IMG/VR virus record: IMGVR_UViG_3300005100_000006
Span: 1-50,367 of that record
Reading direction: 5' to 3' (one strand)
Source of the DNA: a virus
Taxonomy: Duplodnaviria; Caudoviricetes
Length of the DNA: 50,367 nt
A program made the position numbers and the translations under genes. The notes below the pieces were generated by a model. It was not told the DNA's origin. It was given only the letters and a program-made list of their open reading frames with translations, and did not search any database. Shown one piece after another: positions 1 through 10,776 of the stretch (its first letter is position 1; every line of letters starts with the position of its first letter).

Positions 1-80
1 CGCCGCCGTTCTGAACTGCCGCGACCTTTTCGCGATTTCAAAAATTTTTCAAACCCGTAAACTCGTTACAATGTAACTAA
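1..80 (+). other. Putative cos/packaging initiation region (left genome end)
   Basis: Non-coding and directly upstream of terS. GCGACCTTTTCGCGATTT...AAAATTTT resembles lambda cosN-adjacent sequence. Terminase is lambda gpA type. Confidence 0.5.
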
Positions 81-152
81 AACGGTTAAAAGTGAACCTG
101 TCACTTTTTGAATATGGGTTTTTGTGGGTTTACGGAAACTGACAAAGCTTTG

Positions 153-161
153 TGGTATAGT
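153..161 (+). promoter_or_regulatory. Extended -10 promoter (TGGTATAGT) for the packaging/head operon
   Basis: TGn-TAnnnT about 30 nt upstream of the terS ATG; no clear -35. Confidence 0.45.
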
Positions 162-191
162 TTCCGGAAACTCACTAGAGGCCACAGGACA

Positions 192-941
192 ATGAGCACC
201 AGACCATACAGCGCAAACAAGATAGCCGAAGCGCTTGGCATAAGCCGACAGGCCGTTAATAAGCATGTTCGGAAATATTGCGAAGAGGCGCGCATAGGAA
301 GCGGCAAGGGCGCACGAATCGACATTAATCACCCCGCTATGCAGCAGCTTTTTGAATCGAAGGGCGTCGACCATCAAGCAGAGTTGAAGCCAGCCGAAGA
401 GCGAAGCAGCCCGCAAGCATTCAATAACGTTTGTCAGTCTGACAGCAAAAGCAATGTAGCCAGCAACAGAAAACGCAACCAAGGCGTAAAAGGCAAACCG
501 GCGGGCAGACCACCAAAGCGAAACAAGCCACAGCAACCGGACCAAACCAACGGGCAAAGAAACCTAGAGAAAATTGATATAGCTGAGCATGGCGATCTAA
601 CCATTGACGAGATCGCCGCGTTCTTTGGTTCCGCACCCGATTACCGCGATTGGCTCGACGCCAAGAAAAAGCAAGTAGAAGTGATCGAGAAAGAAACCAA
701 GATAAAAATCACGCTTGGCGAGTACATCCGAAAGGATGTGGTTGAGAGCCTATTTATTGGTGTGGTGGATGCGCTCAACAGTCGACTACTCACTGACTTT
801 TGCAAGTCTGCCCCAATCGATTTGCGTCCCGCTTTCGAGAGTGGCAAGGATGACATCAAGATTGAATCGATACTTAGAACCCTGATCGAGAAAGAGCTAG
901 TAACACTGGTTAAGGCACAAGCGAGGTTTGCAGATGCTTGA
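192..941 (+). CDS. terS: Terminase small subunit (Nu1-like, N-terminal HTH)
   Basis: N-terminal HTH (SANKIAEALGISRQAVNKH) and C-terminal helical segment; overlaps terL start; ATG 192 chosen because GAGG/ACAGGAC precedes it. Confidence 0.8.
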   Translation: MSTRPYSANKIAEALGISRQAVNKHVRKYCEEARIGSGKGARIDINHPAMQQLFESKGVDHQAELKPAEERSSPQAFNNVCQSDSKSNVASNRKRNQGVKGKPAGRPPKRNKPQQPDQTNGQRNLEKIDIAEHGDLTIDEIAAFFGSAPDYRDWLDAKKKQVEVIEKETKIKITLGEYIRKDVVESLFIGVVDALNSRLLTDFCKSAPIDLRPAFESGKDDIKIESILRTLIEKELVTLVKAQARFADA

Positions 942-2931
942 TATATCCGTTATTGAACAAGAGCAAAATAATTGGTTGGCTGAAAAGCTTCTAGGCGTGA
1001 AGACTTCGCACCATGTAAAACTGGTAAGCGAGTGGGCGGCGACAACGCGGTACCTGCCAAGGTCGGTAACCTCAAAGCCTGGCATGTATGACTATGGCGC
1101 ATTCCCTTACCTTCGAGAGATTGCCGATTGTATGAGCTCAGAGTCACCAGTAAGAGAGATTGACGTGTTGAAAGGCGCTCAAATTGGTGCGACCGTTGGC
1201 TTATTAGAAAACACGGTTGGATATTATGCCGAGCACGAAAAAGGCGTTCCCATGCTTTTCGTGACAGCCGATAAAGAGCTGGCCGATCTAAGGGTGGATA
1301 ACTATCTAACGCCAATGTTTGAGCAATCCGGCTTGAGCCATCTTATCAAGTCGAGCGATACGCTATCGAAAAACAAGAAGGGTAAAACCAAAGATCAGCT
1401 GTCTTTTGCTGGTGGCGGCTTCCTTATCCCGTTTGGTGCCAATTCCGCGAACAAATTGCGATCGGTATCCATGAAAGTGCTTTTGCTTGATGAGATAGAC
1501 GGCTTTAAAACCAAAGTCGGCAAGGATGGCGATCCAATCCAACTGGCAAAAACAAGGACCAACGGCTTTGAATACTCGCGCAAGATCTTGAAGCTATCCA
1601 CGCCACTGGTTAAAGGCGCGTCCAACATCGAAAAACATCACGCAATGGGTGATTGCCGAGTGTATAAAGTACCTTGCAAGCATTGCGGCCATAAGCAAGA
1701 GCTTAGATTTTCTGGCGTGAAGGAAGAAACCGGCGAGCTGTACGGGTTGGTTTTTGAAACTGACGACGGCGTACTGATACCCGAGTCGGTGAAATACCTT
1801 TGCGAAAAGTGTGGCGGCGAACACGTCGAGGCGGACAAAGTGGATATGTTCCGCGAGAAAACCGACGACTATCCAGAGGGTGCGGAATGGGTGCCAACCA
1901 AGACACCAACCGAGCGAAACCGCAGAAGCTATCACATACCTGGCTTGCTTAGTCCTTACGGTTTTAAAACGTGGATCTCTTGTGTAATGGATTGGCTCAA
2001 CGCTTGGGACATTGAAGCGAACAAGGCAAAGGACATTGAAGAGCTGCAAGTTTTTTACAATAACGTGCTTGGGTTACCGTTTGCAGCGCGCACCGATAAA
2101 CTAGATCTCGAAAAAATGTGGGGCCACCGGCGCGAAAATTACGCCCACGGGGAGATCCCGAACCGCATTGCGAATATGTCTTGTGATGGTGATGTCATGC
2201 TATTAACGTGCGCGGTCGATGTGCACGGGGATAATTTGGCGGTTGCTGTTTATGGGTGGACCAAGAAATCGCGCGCGTTTTTGATCGACTACAAACGAAT
2301 CAAAGGCGATTGCGAAGACATAAACGATGTTTGTTGGAAAGAGCTCGAAGAGATGATCTATAACAAAGTGTACGAAGACCACCAAGGAAAGCGATACATG
2401 ATTCAGGTCACTGTTTTGGATACCGGTTATTACAATGACACAGTGATGGATTTTTGCAGCCGAACCGATCGCACCATCCCACTTAAAGGCCAGCAAGACA
2501 TCGTGAAGGGAGCGGCGCTGGTGGAGTTCTCAACCAGGCAAACCCGTTACGGCATCACAGCGTTTAACGTGAACGTTAACTACTACAAAGAACGCTGGTA
2601 CAAAGCGTTGAAGCGACCATGGCAAGGTTATGGCGATCAGCGAATGTATGGCTACAATTTGCCAAGCGACGTAACCAAAAAGCAGCTTAAAGAGCTGGTG
2701 GCTGAAACAAGAGTGCCGGACGAAAACGCCACGGGATACTTAAAGGGCTACAAGTACGACCGTAAAGGTGACAACGAGATGTGGGATTTGCTTGTCTATA
2801 ATAATTTCGCGTTGGACTTTGTAGCGTGGGAGCTTTTCCGAAGCCATGACCGTGAACAAATCAACATGCTCGAGTTTTGGGAATACTGCGAAACCGGCAA
2901 CAATGGCAAACCGATGTTTTATGAAGAGTAA
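934..2931 (+). CDS. terL: Terminase large subunit, lambda GpA family
   Basis: KGAQIGAT Walker A, LLLDEID Walker B, STP motif, CxxC pairs, AVDV nuclease motif. Confidence 0.95.
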   Translation: MLDISVIEQEQNNWLAEKLLGVKTSHHVKLVSEWAATTRYLPRSVTSKPGMYDYGAFPYLREIADCMSSESPVREIDVLKGAQIGATVGLLENTVGYYAEHEKGVPMLFVTADKELADLRVDNYLTPMFEQSGLSHLIKSSDTLSKNKKGKTKDQLSFAGGGFLIPFGANSANKLRSVSMKVLLLDEIDGFKTKVGKDGDPIQLAKTRTNGFEYSRKILKLSTPLVKGASNIEKHHAMGDCRVYKVPCKHCGHKQELRFSGVKEETGELYGLVFETDDGVLIPESVKYLCEKCGGEHVEADKVDMFREKTDDYPEGAEWVPTKTPTERNRRSYHIPGLLSPYGFKTWISCVMDWLNAWDIEANKAKDIEELQVFYNNVLGLPFAARTDKLDLEKMWGHRRENYAHGEIPNRIANMSCDGDVMLLTCAVDVHGDNLAVAVYGWTKKSRAFLIDYKRIKGDCEDINDVCWKELEEMIYNKVYEDHQGKRYMIQVTVLDTGYYNDTVMDFCSRTDRTIPLKGQQDIVKGAALVEFSTRQTRYGITAFNVNVNYYKERWYKALKRPWQGYGDQRMYGYNLPSDVTKKQLKELVAETRVPDENATGYLKGYKYDRKGDNEMWDLLVYNNFALDFVAWELFRSHDREQINMLEFWEYCETGNNGKPMFYEE

Positions 2932-3008
2932 CCCCTAAAATAAAAAACCCGAAAGGTGTGGTAAACTTGGTTTATTGCACCTTTACCGCCCTAACGGAGC
3001 CCAATATT

Positions 3009-3266
3009 ATGAGCGATCCTTTTTTATGTGGACTACTAGCCGACATTGAGGCAGAAATTAAAGCCGCTATGATGGCGAGCGCAGAAGCCAGCGGCGACGG
3101 GATTATTTCTTATACTTTTAATTCCGGTCAAACAGTCCAAACCGTAAATAAAACCTCAGTTGGCCAACTGAAAGCGCACATTGATAGCCTACTGGCACAG
3201 CGCGACACTTTGCGCCAGCGTTGTGGTTTAGATACAGCGGTGTTTAATGCGGGGCCTGCATACTGA
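3009..3266 (+). CDS. Head-tail joining protein (gpW-like)
   Basis: Small protein between terL and portal; SYT..G...QTV pattern. Confidence 0.6.
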   Translation: MSDPFLCGLLADIEAEIKAAMMASAEASGDGIISYTFNSGQTVQTVNKTSVGQLKAHIDSLLAQRDTLRQRCGLDTAVFNAGPAY

Positions 3267-3418
3267 TGAGAAAAGATACAAAAAAAGTCGCTGTGCTTGG
3301 TGGTGCAATATGCGCAACTGAGGTTAACGCAATAATGGCTAAAATTATGAATCCAAATAAATTGCCCCGAACAAATAAATCAGACCGCAAGCGCAACCGC
3401 GCAACAAGGTGGTGCTAA
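3266..3418 (+). CDS. Small basic hypothetical protein (50 aa, not in ORF track)
   Basis: TGATG coupling to the upstream gene; fills the gap to portal; MRKDTKKV...KSDRKRNRATRWC. Confidence 0.55.
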   Translation: MRKDTKKVAVLGGAICATEVNAIMAKIMNPNKLPRTNKSDRKRNRATRWC

Positions 3419-3420
3419 CC

Positions 3421-5061
3421 ATGTTCAACAAAATAAAAAGCCTATTCACAGGCAGCGCCAACAAGGAAAAGGTTCCCGTTATTGGCGTCGATCAACTGCC
3501 AACAGCGGCAGCGGGCAACTATGACGCGCCTTATCAATTCGCGCAACTAAACGGTGACAAGTTCGTTGGCGGTTACGGTGTAACGCAATTGCAATTCATT
3601 GATTACTGGACTTTGCGCCACCGCTCTATCCAGCTTTTCAATGAAAACCTATACGCGGAAGGATTGATCAATCGATTCATTACCAACATTGTTAACACTG
3701 GTTTAATGCTTGAAGCCAAGCCAGTGGCGAGCATTTTGGGTATTGAGCAAGAATCCATAAACAAGTGGACCGATGAGGTCGAGGCGCGCTTTACCATGTA
3801 CGCAAATTGCAAAGACATGGTAGATTTTTACGGTGAAAAGACGCTTTCTCAACTTCAAACTCAGCGAGAATTACAAGCACTGGTCGAAGGTGACGTTTTA
3901 GTGGTGTATCACTTCGATAAACTAACCAACTTGCCAAAAATTCAGCTTATCAGCTCCAATTCTGTGCAATCGCCTATTGATGGCGAAGGAAGTCTTGCAG
4001 ATGGTCATTATGTTGATCATGGCGTTGAATTTGACAAGAATCACCGAGAAGTTGCCTATCACGTCCTAAAAAGTGACGGCGAATATTCACGTTTCCCATG
4101 CGTAGGCGCGCGATCTGGTCGCGTTGTGGCTAACTTATACCGACCTGGTAAGCGATTAATGGGGCAAGTGCGCGGAATGCCGTTAATCGGTAACGTGCTG
4201 CAGTCACTCCGAGAGATAGACCGGTACCGCGACAGCGTGCAACGAAAAGCGCTTACAACGTCTTTCTTGGCTTTGGCTGTAGAAAAGGACAAGGATTCTA
4301 TTTCCTCCATGCCATTAGGCAGCGCAGCAGCAAGAAGCACAACGATCACCAACGATTCAGCCGACTATAAGCTAAACCTAAAGAATTTTAACCCTGGCGT
4401 ATTCATTGACGATATGCCGGCAGGCCATAAAATCAAAATGATGGGCTCTGATGGTACCGATCTGTCGTTTGGTGACTTCGAGGCGGCGATTATTAACGCC
4501 GTGGCATGGTCCAAAGGTATGCCTCCGGAGATTTTAAAGATGGCTTTCGGCTCAAACTACGCGGCAAGCAAGCAAGCAACGGCCGAATTTAATATGTTTC
4601 TGGATACCGAGCGCGCCAACACGACCACCACCAACGACAAGCCGCTTTATGAACAGTGGTTACAAGCCGAGGTGATGAAAGGCAACGTGAAAGCCGCCGG
4701 ATTGGTTGAAAGCATTGGTGATCCGAATAAATACGCCATCACTGGCGCTTGGATGCAATCGGATTGGTCGGGCTCTGTTAAACTCAATGCGGACTTTGTG
4801 AAAGAGGTTCAGGGGTGGAAGCTTGCCATCGAAGAAGGTTTGGCGACGCACGAAATGGCATCAAAAGCGCTATTTGGTCGCAAAAACAACCTAATCATGG
4901 AAACCCTAAAGCATGAGAACACCAAAAAAGCCGAAGTACAAGACGCTCTAGGCGATTTTGCACAAAATCGAACACAGAGTATAATCAATACAAATGCTGA
5001 CGATCCACAAGATACGAGCGGCCAAAGTGACGAACAGGACACAGAGAAAGGTGAAGAATAA
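3421..5061 (+). CDS. Portal protein, lambda family
   Basis: LRHRSIQLFNENLYAEG, GVEFD, GQVRGMP and SNYAASK motifs; position and size. Confidence 0.93.
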   Translation: MFNKIKSLFTGSANKEKVPVIGVDQLPTAAAGNYDAPYQFAQLNGDKFVGGYGVTQLQFIDYWTLRHRSIQLFNENLYAEGLINRFITNIVNTGLMLEAKPVASILGIEQESINKWTDEVEARFTMYANCKDMVDFYGEKTLSQLQTQRELQALVEGDVLVVYHFDKLTNLPKIQLISSNSVQSPIDGEGSLADGHYVDHGVEFDKNHREVAYHVLKSDGEYSRFPCVGARSGRVVANLYRPGKRLMGQVRGMPLIGNVLQSLREIDRYRDSVQRKALTTSFLALAVEKDKDSISSMPLGSAAARSTTITNDSADYKLNLKNFNPGVFIDDMPAGHKIKMMGSDGTDLSFGDFEAAIINAVAWSKGMPPEILKMAFGSNYAASKQATAEFNMFLDTERANTTTTNDKPLYEQWLQAEVMKGNVKAAGLVESIGDPNKYAITGAWMQSDWSGSVKLNADFVKEVQGWKLAIEEGLATHEMASKALFGRKNNLIMETLKHENTKKAEVQDALGDFAQNRTQSIINTNADDPQDTSGQSDEQDTEKGEE

Positions 5062-6342
5062 ATGTTATTTCTAGCAACCGAAGATTTAATGGCAGAAGTC
5101 AAGGGGGCAATGAGTCGCCCAATTACTGCCGATCTAAAAGCGCAGCATCAAGAAGTAAAAAGCAGCATTGAATCCGCTTGCCATCTTGGTGAACTCACTT
5201 GTGGAGTTGCAGCACAACACGCCGAACGTAGCCGCATTCTAAGCGTGACGGGTTCTAGTGCTGAAATCATGATCACAGGTGCCATGGTTAACGAGCTTTC
5301 ATTTTGGGCTTGGATCATGGGCGCAACCTCTTACAAAGAAGTCACCGCAGCAGCCAAGGCGCTGGCTTACGATGAAGAAATCGAAACCGTATCACTTCGC
5401 GTTGGTTCTGGTGGCGGCACCGTAGAAGGTATGATCGCCTGTTCTGAATCGCTTCAAGTGTTGCGAGACAGTGGCAAGCTTAAAGTTGCTTATGTTGACG
5501 GTGTTTGCGCGTCGGCGGCCTATGGATTGGCAACTAAGGCGGAAAAAATTATTGCTGTAAGCGCTGGCGAGATTATCGGCAGTGTTGGCGCTATGACTTA
5601 CCGAGTTAAAAACAACAACGTTGAAGAGCTGGCGATCCGCGGTGATAACTCACAAAACAAAAATGCGGATGCCTTCACCGAAGCGGGATTAAAAATCGTA
5701 AAAGAAGAAGTTAACGATTTCGAATCCATGTATTTGAATATGTGCGCTGGTGGTCGAGGCGTGAGCGTTGAGACAGTAAAAGCTAATTATGGCAACGGTA
5801 AAGTGATGAGCGCACAACGCGCTTTAGAATGTGGTATGATTGACGCCATCGCATCACAAGCGGTTAATGATGGCGGACAAACTGCCGGAATTACTGCCGA
5901 AAAACAGACTAATTTAACCGCTCAGGGCGAAACTGAGCACCAACTAACTGCTAAAAGTGGGGAAATCATGAATAAAGCAGAATTAAAAGCAAAGCACCCT
6001 GAGCTTTATGCTGAAATCAAAGCCGAAGGCAAATCAGAAGGCATCGAAGCGGGCAAGAAAGCCGAGCAAGAGCGTGTAAGCGCATTTACAGAGCTTGGCG
6101 AAGCTTCCGGCGATCATGAGCTTGCAATGGCTTGTATCAAAGATGGTACAGAGCATTCAGCTGCTATCAACGCGAAATTCATGGCTTCACAAATGAAGAA
6201 CATGAACCTAAAAGCTATGGCTGACGATAACGTTAACACTGACGACGTTAAACCAGAAGCACCACAAGCTAAATCGGAAGATGAAGCGCTAGACGACGCG
6301 ACTATCGCAGCGTTTAACGGTCAAAAAATGGAGACTTTCTAA
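5062..6342 (+). CDS. Prohead protease (S49 family, gpC-like) fused to a scaffold domain
   Basis: SGGGTV, CASAAYGLA and IGSVG motifs; helical charged C-terminus. Confidence 0.9.
   Translation: MLFLATEDLMAEVKGAMSRPITADLKAQHQEVKSSIESACHLGELTCGVAAQHAERSRILSVTGSSAEIMITGAMVNELSFWAWIMGATSYKEVTAAAKALAYDEEIETVSLRVGSGGGTVEGMIACSESLQVLRDSGKLKVAYVDGVCASAAYGLATKAEKIIAVSAGEIIGSVGAMTYRVKNNNVEELAIRGDNSQNKNADAFTEAGLKIVKEEVNDFESMYLNMCAGGRGVSVETVKANYGNGKVMSAQRALECGMIDAIASQAVNDGGQTAGITAEKQTNLTAQGETEHQLTAKSGEIMNKAELKAKHPELYAEIKAEGKSEGIEAGKKAEQERVSAFTELGEASGDHELAMACIKDGTEHSAAINAKFMASQMKNMNLKAMADDNVNTDDVKPEAPQAKSEDEALDDATIAAFNGQKMETF
5968..6342 (+). CDS. Nested in-frame scaffolding protein (Nu3-like)
   Basis: Internal ATG preceded by GTGGGGAAATC; MNKAELKAKHPELY...; parallels lambda C/Nu3. 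Confidence 0.6.
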   Translation: MNKAELKAKHPELYAEIKAEGKSEGIEAGKKAEQERVSAFTELGEASGDHELAMACIKDGTEHSAAINAKFMASQMKNMNLKAMADDNVNTDDVKPEAPQAKSEDEALDDATIAAFNGQKMETF

Positions 6343-6740
6343 TGAGCATGACGGTAACCAATGTAAATCTTCATGGTGCAATCTTAAACTGTGAAAACGC
6401 GGAAACGTGCAAACTTGACGTATCATCGGCTGAAACACTGGCGGAAGGTCTAATTCTTGCGCGCGATACCTCAACGGGTAACCTTGGCTTTTATGCACGC
6501 GGTGGTTCTAACGGCCTTGACGTGGCACGCTATGTTCTTCTAGCTAATACAGAAGTGACAGCAGCAGACGTAACCGCAACAACTAAAAACGTTCGAGTTA
6601 TGCAAGTCGGCAAAGTTCGCCAGGACAAGATCTCAACCAAGGCGGGCGATGCTATCGACTACCGCGAAGTTGATGGCCTAAAAGACAACTCGATCAGCGT
6701 TCACAACACCACTGATTTCTCAGTGCTTGATAATCAATAG
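6342..6740 (+). CDS. Head decoration protein (gpD-like)
   Basis: 132 aa between protease and capsid; TLAEGLILAR motif. Confidence 0.75.
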   Translation: MSMTVTNVNLHGAILNCENAETCKLDVSSAETLAEGLILARDTSTGNLGFYARGGSNGLDVARYVLLANTEVTAADVTATTKNVRVMQVGKVRQDKISTKAGDAIDYREVDGLKDNSISVHNTTDFSVLDNQ

Positions 6741-6753
6741 GAGCTTGTAAGCT

Positions 6754-7833
6754 ATGACTAACGCAGTTACTAAACATATGGCTAAGGCTTACGTTCAAGA
6801 GGCTCCGACTCCTGGCGTATTATCTAGCAAATTTAGCACTTCACCGGAAAACTACTACTCGAGCGAATTTATCGAGTTTGATATTGAGCGTGAAGGCGAA
6901 GAAGTCGCGCCGGTCCTAACGGATATCAAAAACGGTCACACGAAATTCGCGCTAGATGAGTTCACAAACAAAGAGTTCAAAGCGCCGGTGATGAAAGAAG
7001 GTTTTACAATCAACGCTTTTGATATGATGAAGCGCCAAATTGGTCAAATCTCTTTCACGGATCCAAACTTCCGAGCTAATGCAATGACTCAGTTCATGAA
7101 GCATATGCGCTACGGTGGTAAGCGCCAACGCCGCACGATTGAGCTTATGGCGTCACAAATCCTACAAACTGGCACAGTGACACTGAAAGACGATCAAGGC
7201 GATGCAGCTTACACAATCGACTTTAAGCCGAAAACTGAGCACTTCCCGACGTTTGCAACAGCATGGACAGACCACGCCAACGCAACGCCGATCGCAAACA
7301 TTAAAGCGCTTTGTGATGTTATCAACACAAACGGCCAATCGAAGCCGAAAGAGCTTTGGCTAGGTGATGGCGCTTACGACAACATGCTGCAGTGTGACGA
7401 GTTCATCAAGTACACAGACACACGCCACGTTAAAATTATCAACGTTGAGCCAACGTCTTTGCCAGATGGCGCGACATACATGGGCACACTGGTTGCGACT
7501 GGCTACCGCCTTGATATGTACACATACCGCGGCGAATACAAAGACGTGAAAGCGGGCAGCAACGCGCGTTACCTAAATGATGCGTCTGTGCTTATCATTG
7601 CAGAAAACGCACGTTTCGACGCAACGTTTGGCGCGATCCCTCAAATCGTTCCGCCAGAAACTCGCGCAATGTCTTTCCTTTCTGGTCGAATGCCTATGGC
7701 GTCGGTTGGCATGGACTTTACGACAAACGCTTGGGTTTCTCTGAACGGTGAAGAGATCAACGGCACTCTTGGCTGTCGTCCACTACTTATTCCAACATCC
7801 ATCGACCGTTTCGGTTGTGGTAAGGCGTTCTAA
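6754..7833 (+). CDS. Major capsid protein (lambda gpE family)
   Basis: 359 aa; RRTIELMASQILQTG motif; strong codon bias; synteny. Confidence 0.92.
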   Translation: MTNAVTKHMAKAYVQEAPTPGVLSSKFSTSPENYYSSEFIEFDIEREGEEVAPVLTDIKNGHTKFALDEFTNKEFKAPVMKEGFTINAFDMMKRQIGQISFTDPNFRANAMTQFMKHMRYGGKRQRRTIELMASQILQTGTVTLKDDQGDAAYTIDFKPKTEHFPTFATAWTDHANATPIANIKALCDVINTNGQSKPKELWLGDGAYDNMLQCDEFIKYTDTRHVKIINVEPTSLPDGATYMGTLVATGYRLDMYTYRGEYKDVKAGSNARYLNDASVLIIAENARFDATFGAIPQIVPPETRAMSFLSGRMPMASVGMDFTTNAWVSLNGEEINGTLGCRPLLIPTSIDRFGCGKAF

Positions 7834-7834
7834 T

Positions 7835-8266
7835 ATGAAAGTCGAAGATTTAGTGAAACTGAATCTTGACGATCTAGAAACAGAGCTCGATAAGGGCTCT
7901 TTTTCTAAGACGTTTTTGGATTCACTGCTAGAAGCAGAAAAAGAGGGCAAAGACCGCAGCGGCGCGATTGAGTTAATTAATGACGCGATCGAGCTTGCGG
8001 ACGATGAGCCAGATCTGGAGTCAACACCACAAGACACAGTGGATCAAATAAAAGAGATCCGCGGTGAAGATTTTGGTGTAATTGACGAACAGCAAAGCCT
8101 AGCAACAAGCGGCGAAACCTACGCAGTTGCACAAGGACAAGCAATCGGCTTTAAAGCTGGCATCAAGTCAAACGGTGACATTATCGATTTGAATTGGCCA
8201 GAGTTTAAAGCTAATCCAAAACTGCTTGATTCAATGCTTGAGAAAGGCTTGGTGATTTCTGTATGA
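7835..8266 (+). CDS. Acidic head-associated protein (gpFI position)
   Basis: Follows the capsid gene; LLEAEKEGKDRSGAIELI helical motif. Confidence 0.5.
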   Translation: MKVEDLVKLNLDDLETELDKGSFSKTFLDSLLEAEKEGKDRSGAIELINDAIELADDEPDLESTPQDTVDQIKEIRGEDFGVIDEQQSLATSGETYAVAQGQAIGFKAGIKSNGDIIDLNWPEFKANPKLLDSMLEKGLVISV

Positions 8267-8643
8267 GCTTGCTTCAACGGATGCAAAAGGACGCACAAAG
8301 AATCATGAACAGTAATGTGGGTTTTTCCTCCGACATTGTTCTGATAAGTCCTGATGAAGATGAATATCCGTTGAAGTCTATTGTTTCAGTGATTCACAAC
8401 CTAATTGATCCAGACACGGGTTTTCCTGTGTCTGGATTTCTTGCAACTGCATCATTGAACAGATTAGACCTAAACGCGTTGGGCTTGGCCATTCCAGAAG
8501 GCGAAGCAAGCGAATACGAGCGCCCTTGGCTTATTCGTGAAACCAATATCGATGGCGTCGATGTTACTTACAAGATAACAAGCTCAAAGCCAGATGAAGC
8601 AAACGGCAATATTCTTTGTGATTTGGGGGCTTATGGCTACTAG
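8263..8643 (+). CDS. Head closure/head-tail adaptor (gpFII-like)
   Basis: Synteny, size, beta-rich sequence. Confidence 0.6.
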   Translation: MSLLQRMQKDAQRIMNSNVGFSSDIVLISPDEDEYPLKSIVSVIHNLIDPDTGFPVSGFLATASLNRLDLNALGLAIPEGEASEYERPWLIRETNIDGVDVTYKITSSKPDEANGNILCDLGAYGY

Positions 8644-9301
8644 TCCATTAACTGATCTGATTGACCTATCATCTAACCCTATTCAACTGGTAATTGATAA
8701 GGTTAGCGAAATATTGGTTAACGAGACAGCAAACCAACAAAGCTTAGCAACGGCCGAAGGTAAAGATCCAGAGCTGTACAAGTTTCGAGTATTTGCTGAC
8801 CGGTTCAACCCCTTCGACAACATGCGAGAAGACCGCACGCCATTGGTTAGCATTAAAGAATCGGACGATTCTAAAAAGCTATCGGTTAGCGGTAACCACG
8901 GCAAGCAACAGAAGCTTTTGACGCTTAATATTGATTGCTTTGGTGTTGGTAAAGCAGAGCAGACCGCAGAAGGCCACCGCCCCGCCGATCTGGACGCTTC
9001 ACAAGATTGCCGACGCTTAGCTAACTTGGTTAACAAGATATTAAAGGCCGATATCAACGAAAACCTACAGCTAGACCGCAAGATCGTAAATTCTGTTAAT
9101 ATTGTAAGTGAGCAGTATTTAGAGCCTGATTTTGATTCTCGCCAGTTGGGGCCGGTAGTAGTTAAACGCATAACGTTACAATGTAACGTAATGGACTTGC
9201 CAGAGATTAACCACGGCGTCGAATTACAATGTATACTAGTTGATATTGAGCGCAGCGACAGCGGCGAGATATACGCAAGTTGTGAATATGATTATACATA
9301 G
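8633..9301 (+). CDS. Tail terminator/completion protein
   Basis: Immediately upstream of sheath; start set at ATG 8633 after GGGGG. Confidence 0.55.
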   Translation: MATSPLTDLIDLSSNPIQLVIDKVSEILVNETANQQSLATAEGKDPELYKFRVFADRFNPFDNMREDRTPLVSIKESDDSKKLSVSGNHGKQQKLLTLNIDCFGVGKAEQTAEGHRPADLDASQDCRRLANLVNKILKADINENLQLDRKIVNSVNIVSEQYLEPDFDSRQLGPVVVKRITLQCNVMDLPEINHGVELQCILVDIERSDSGEIYASCEYDYT

Positions 9302-9314
9302 GAGAAGGTAAGCC

Positions 9315-10775
9315 ATGTCATTACCAAACTCATTGCGAGCCAGTGCCGTTGGCATTGATACGCGATACCAAAATTTTAACGTTGGTGCGGTTTCACAACT
9401 GCAGCAACGAATCGCGATCATTGCTCAAGGCAGTGACTCCGCGACATATTCAGCTGATAAGTTTGAAATCACTTCAAGCTTAGAAGTTGCTGAAAAAATG
9501 GGTTTCGGTTCGCCGGCTCATTTAGCAGCTAAGCAGATTTTCCCTGATTTTGGTGAAGGTGCGCTGGGTGCAGGCGTAACGGTTTACCCGTTATCAAACA
9601 AAGCAGGCGGTACAGCATCATCGGCAGACATTACGCCAACTGGTACGCAAACCACATCGGCGCAATATGTCGTGCGTGTTGGTGGTATTGAGTCAAACGC
9701 CTTTGCAGCAGTTAAAGGTGACACGCCAGCCGAACTAATCCCTAAAATGATTACCGCTATCAATGGCGAACTTGATATGCCAGTCATTGCGACAGATGGC
9801 AGCGATAAGGTGACACTGACAGCAAAACACAAAGGCACAACGGGCGACAGTCTAGTGGTTGAGATTTTGGGCGCACCTCAAGGCATTACCTTTGCAGTTG
9901 GCACAATGTCCGGCGGCCTAGTCGATCCAGACATTGACGCGGCACTAGCGCAAATTGGCAATGTTTGGGAAACAATGGTTGTTAACCAACTTGGCACCGT
10001 TGCACATGACAAGCTAAGCGCTTTTGGCGAGGGTCGATGGGGTCAATTGGTACGCAAGCCATTGTTTGCACTGTACGGCTCAAACGAGACAGACGAAAGC
10101 GTATTGAAGACCTACGCAGACGCGCGCAAGCTTGACCGTGTTAACGCTGTTATTCCTTGCCCTGGTTCACCTTCCGCACCTTGGATCATTGCAGCTCGAG
10201 CAGCGGCAAGAATTGCCAAGCAAGCCAACGAAGATCCGGCGACTGAATATCGCGGTATGACACTCGATACAGTGGTAAACGGTAAAGACGGCGAACAGTG
10301 GAACTATGACCAGCGCGACTTGGCTTGGAAAGCGGGCGTTTCATCGACCATTATCGAAGACGGCGCAATCAAGCTTGATAATACGCTGACTTTCTACCAT
10401 CCAGACGGCAAGGTCGATCCGGAATACGGCAAGGTCATTTACTTGGTTAAGCTGCAGAACATCATTTACAACGTTGATCTTATTTTTAATCAACCGGAAT
10501 GGAAGAAAGCGCCGCTAATTCCTGATTTCCAAGTTAGCAGCAACCCGAACGCGCGCAAGCCGAGTGATGCAGTGGCAGGGCTCAATGTTTTAACGGATAA
10601 CTTGGCAGCCAAGGCGATTATTTCGGATCCTGAGTTCACCAAGAAAAACACCACGGCGGCGATCGACGGTTCAAACCCGAATCGCGTAAACACTACATAC
10701 CCTGTCAAACTATCGGGCAACTGGGACATTCACAGCCTAGATGTGTTGTTTGGCTTTTACTTAGGAGGCGCATAA
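9315..10775 (+). CDS. Tail sheath protein (Mu gpL-like)
   Basis: 486 aa; FGSPAHLAA, VTLTAKHKG and NPNRVN motifs. Confidence 0.92.
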   Translation: MSLPNSLRASAVGIDTRYQNFNVGAVSQLQQRIAIIAQGSDSATYSADKFEITSSLEVAEKMGFGSPAHLAAKQIFPDFGEGALGAGVTVYPLSNKAGGTASSADITPTGTQTTSAQYVVRVGGIESNAFAAVKGDTPAELIPKMITAINGELDMPVIATDGSDKVTLTAKHKGTTGDSLVVEILGAPQGITFAVGTMSGGLVDPDIDAALAQIGNVWETMVVNQLGTVAHDKLSAFGEGRWGQLVRKPLFALYGSNETDESVLKTYADARKLDRVNAVIPCPGSPSAPWIIAARAAARIAKQANEDPATEYRGMTLDTVVNGKDGEQWNYDQRDLAWKAGVSSTIIEDGAIKLDNTLTFYHPDGKVDPEYGKVIYLVKLQNIIYNVDLIFNQPEWKKAPLIPDFQVSSNPNARKPSDAVAGLNVLTDNLAAKAIISDPEFTKKNTTAAIDGSNPNRVNTTYPVKLSGNWDIHSLDVLFGFYLGGA

Positions 10776-10776
10776 T

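Noticed and set aside
9174-9187. CGTTACAATGTAAC identical to the palindrome at 64-77
   Set aside because: Inside a coding region with no supporting context; a palindrome has reduced information, so likely chance
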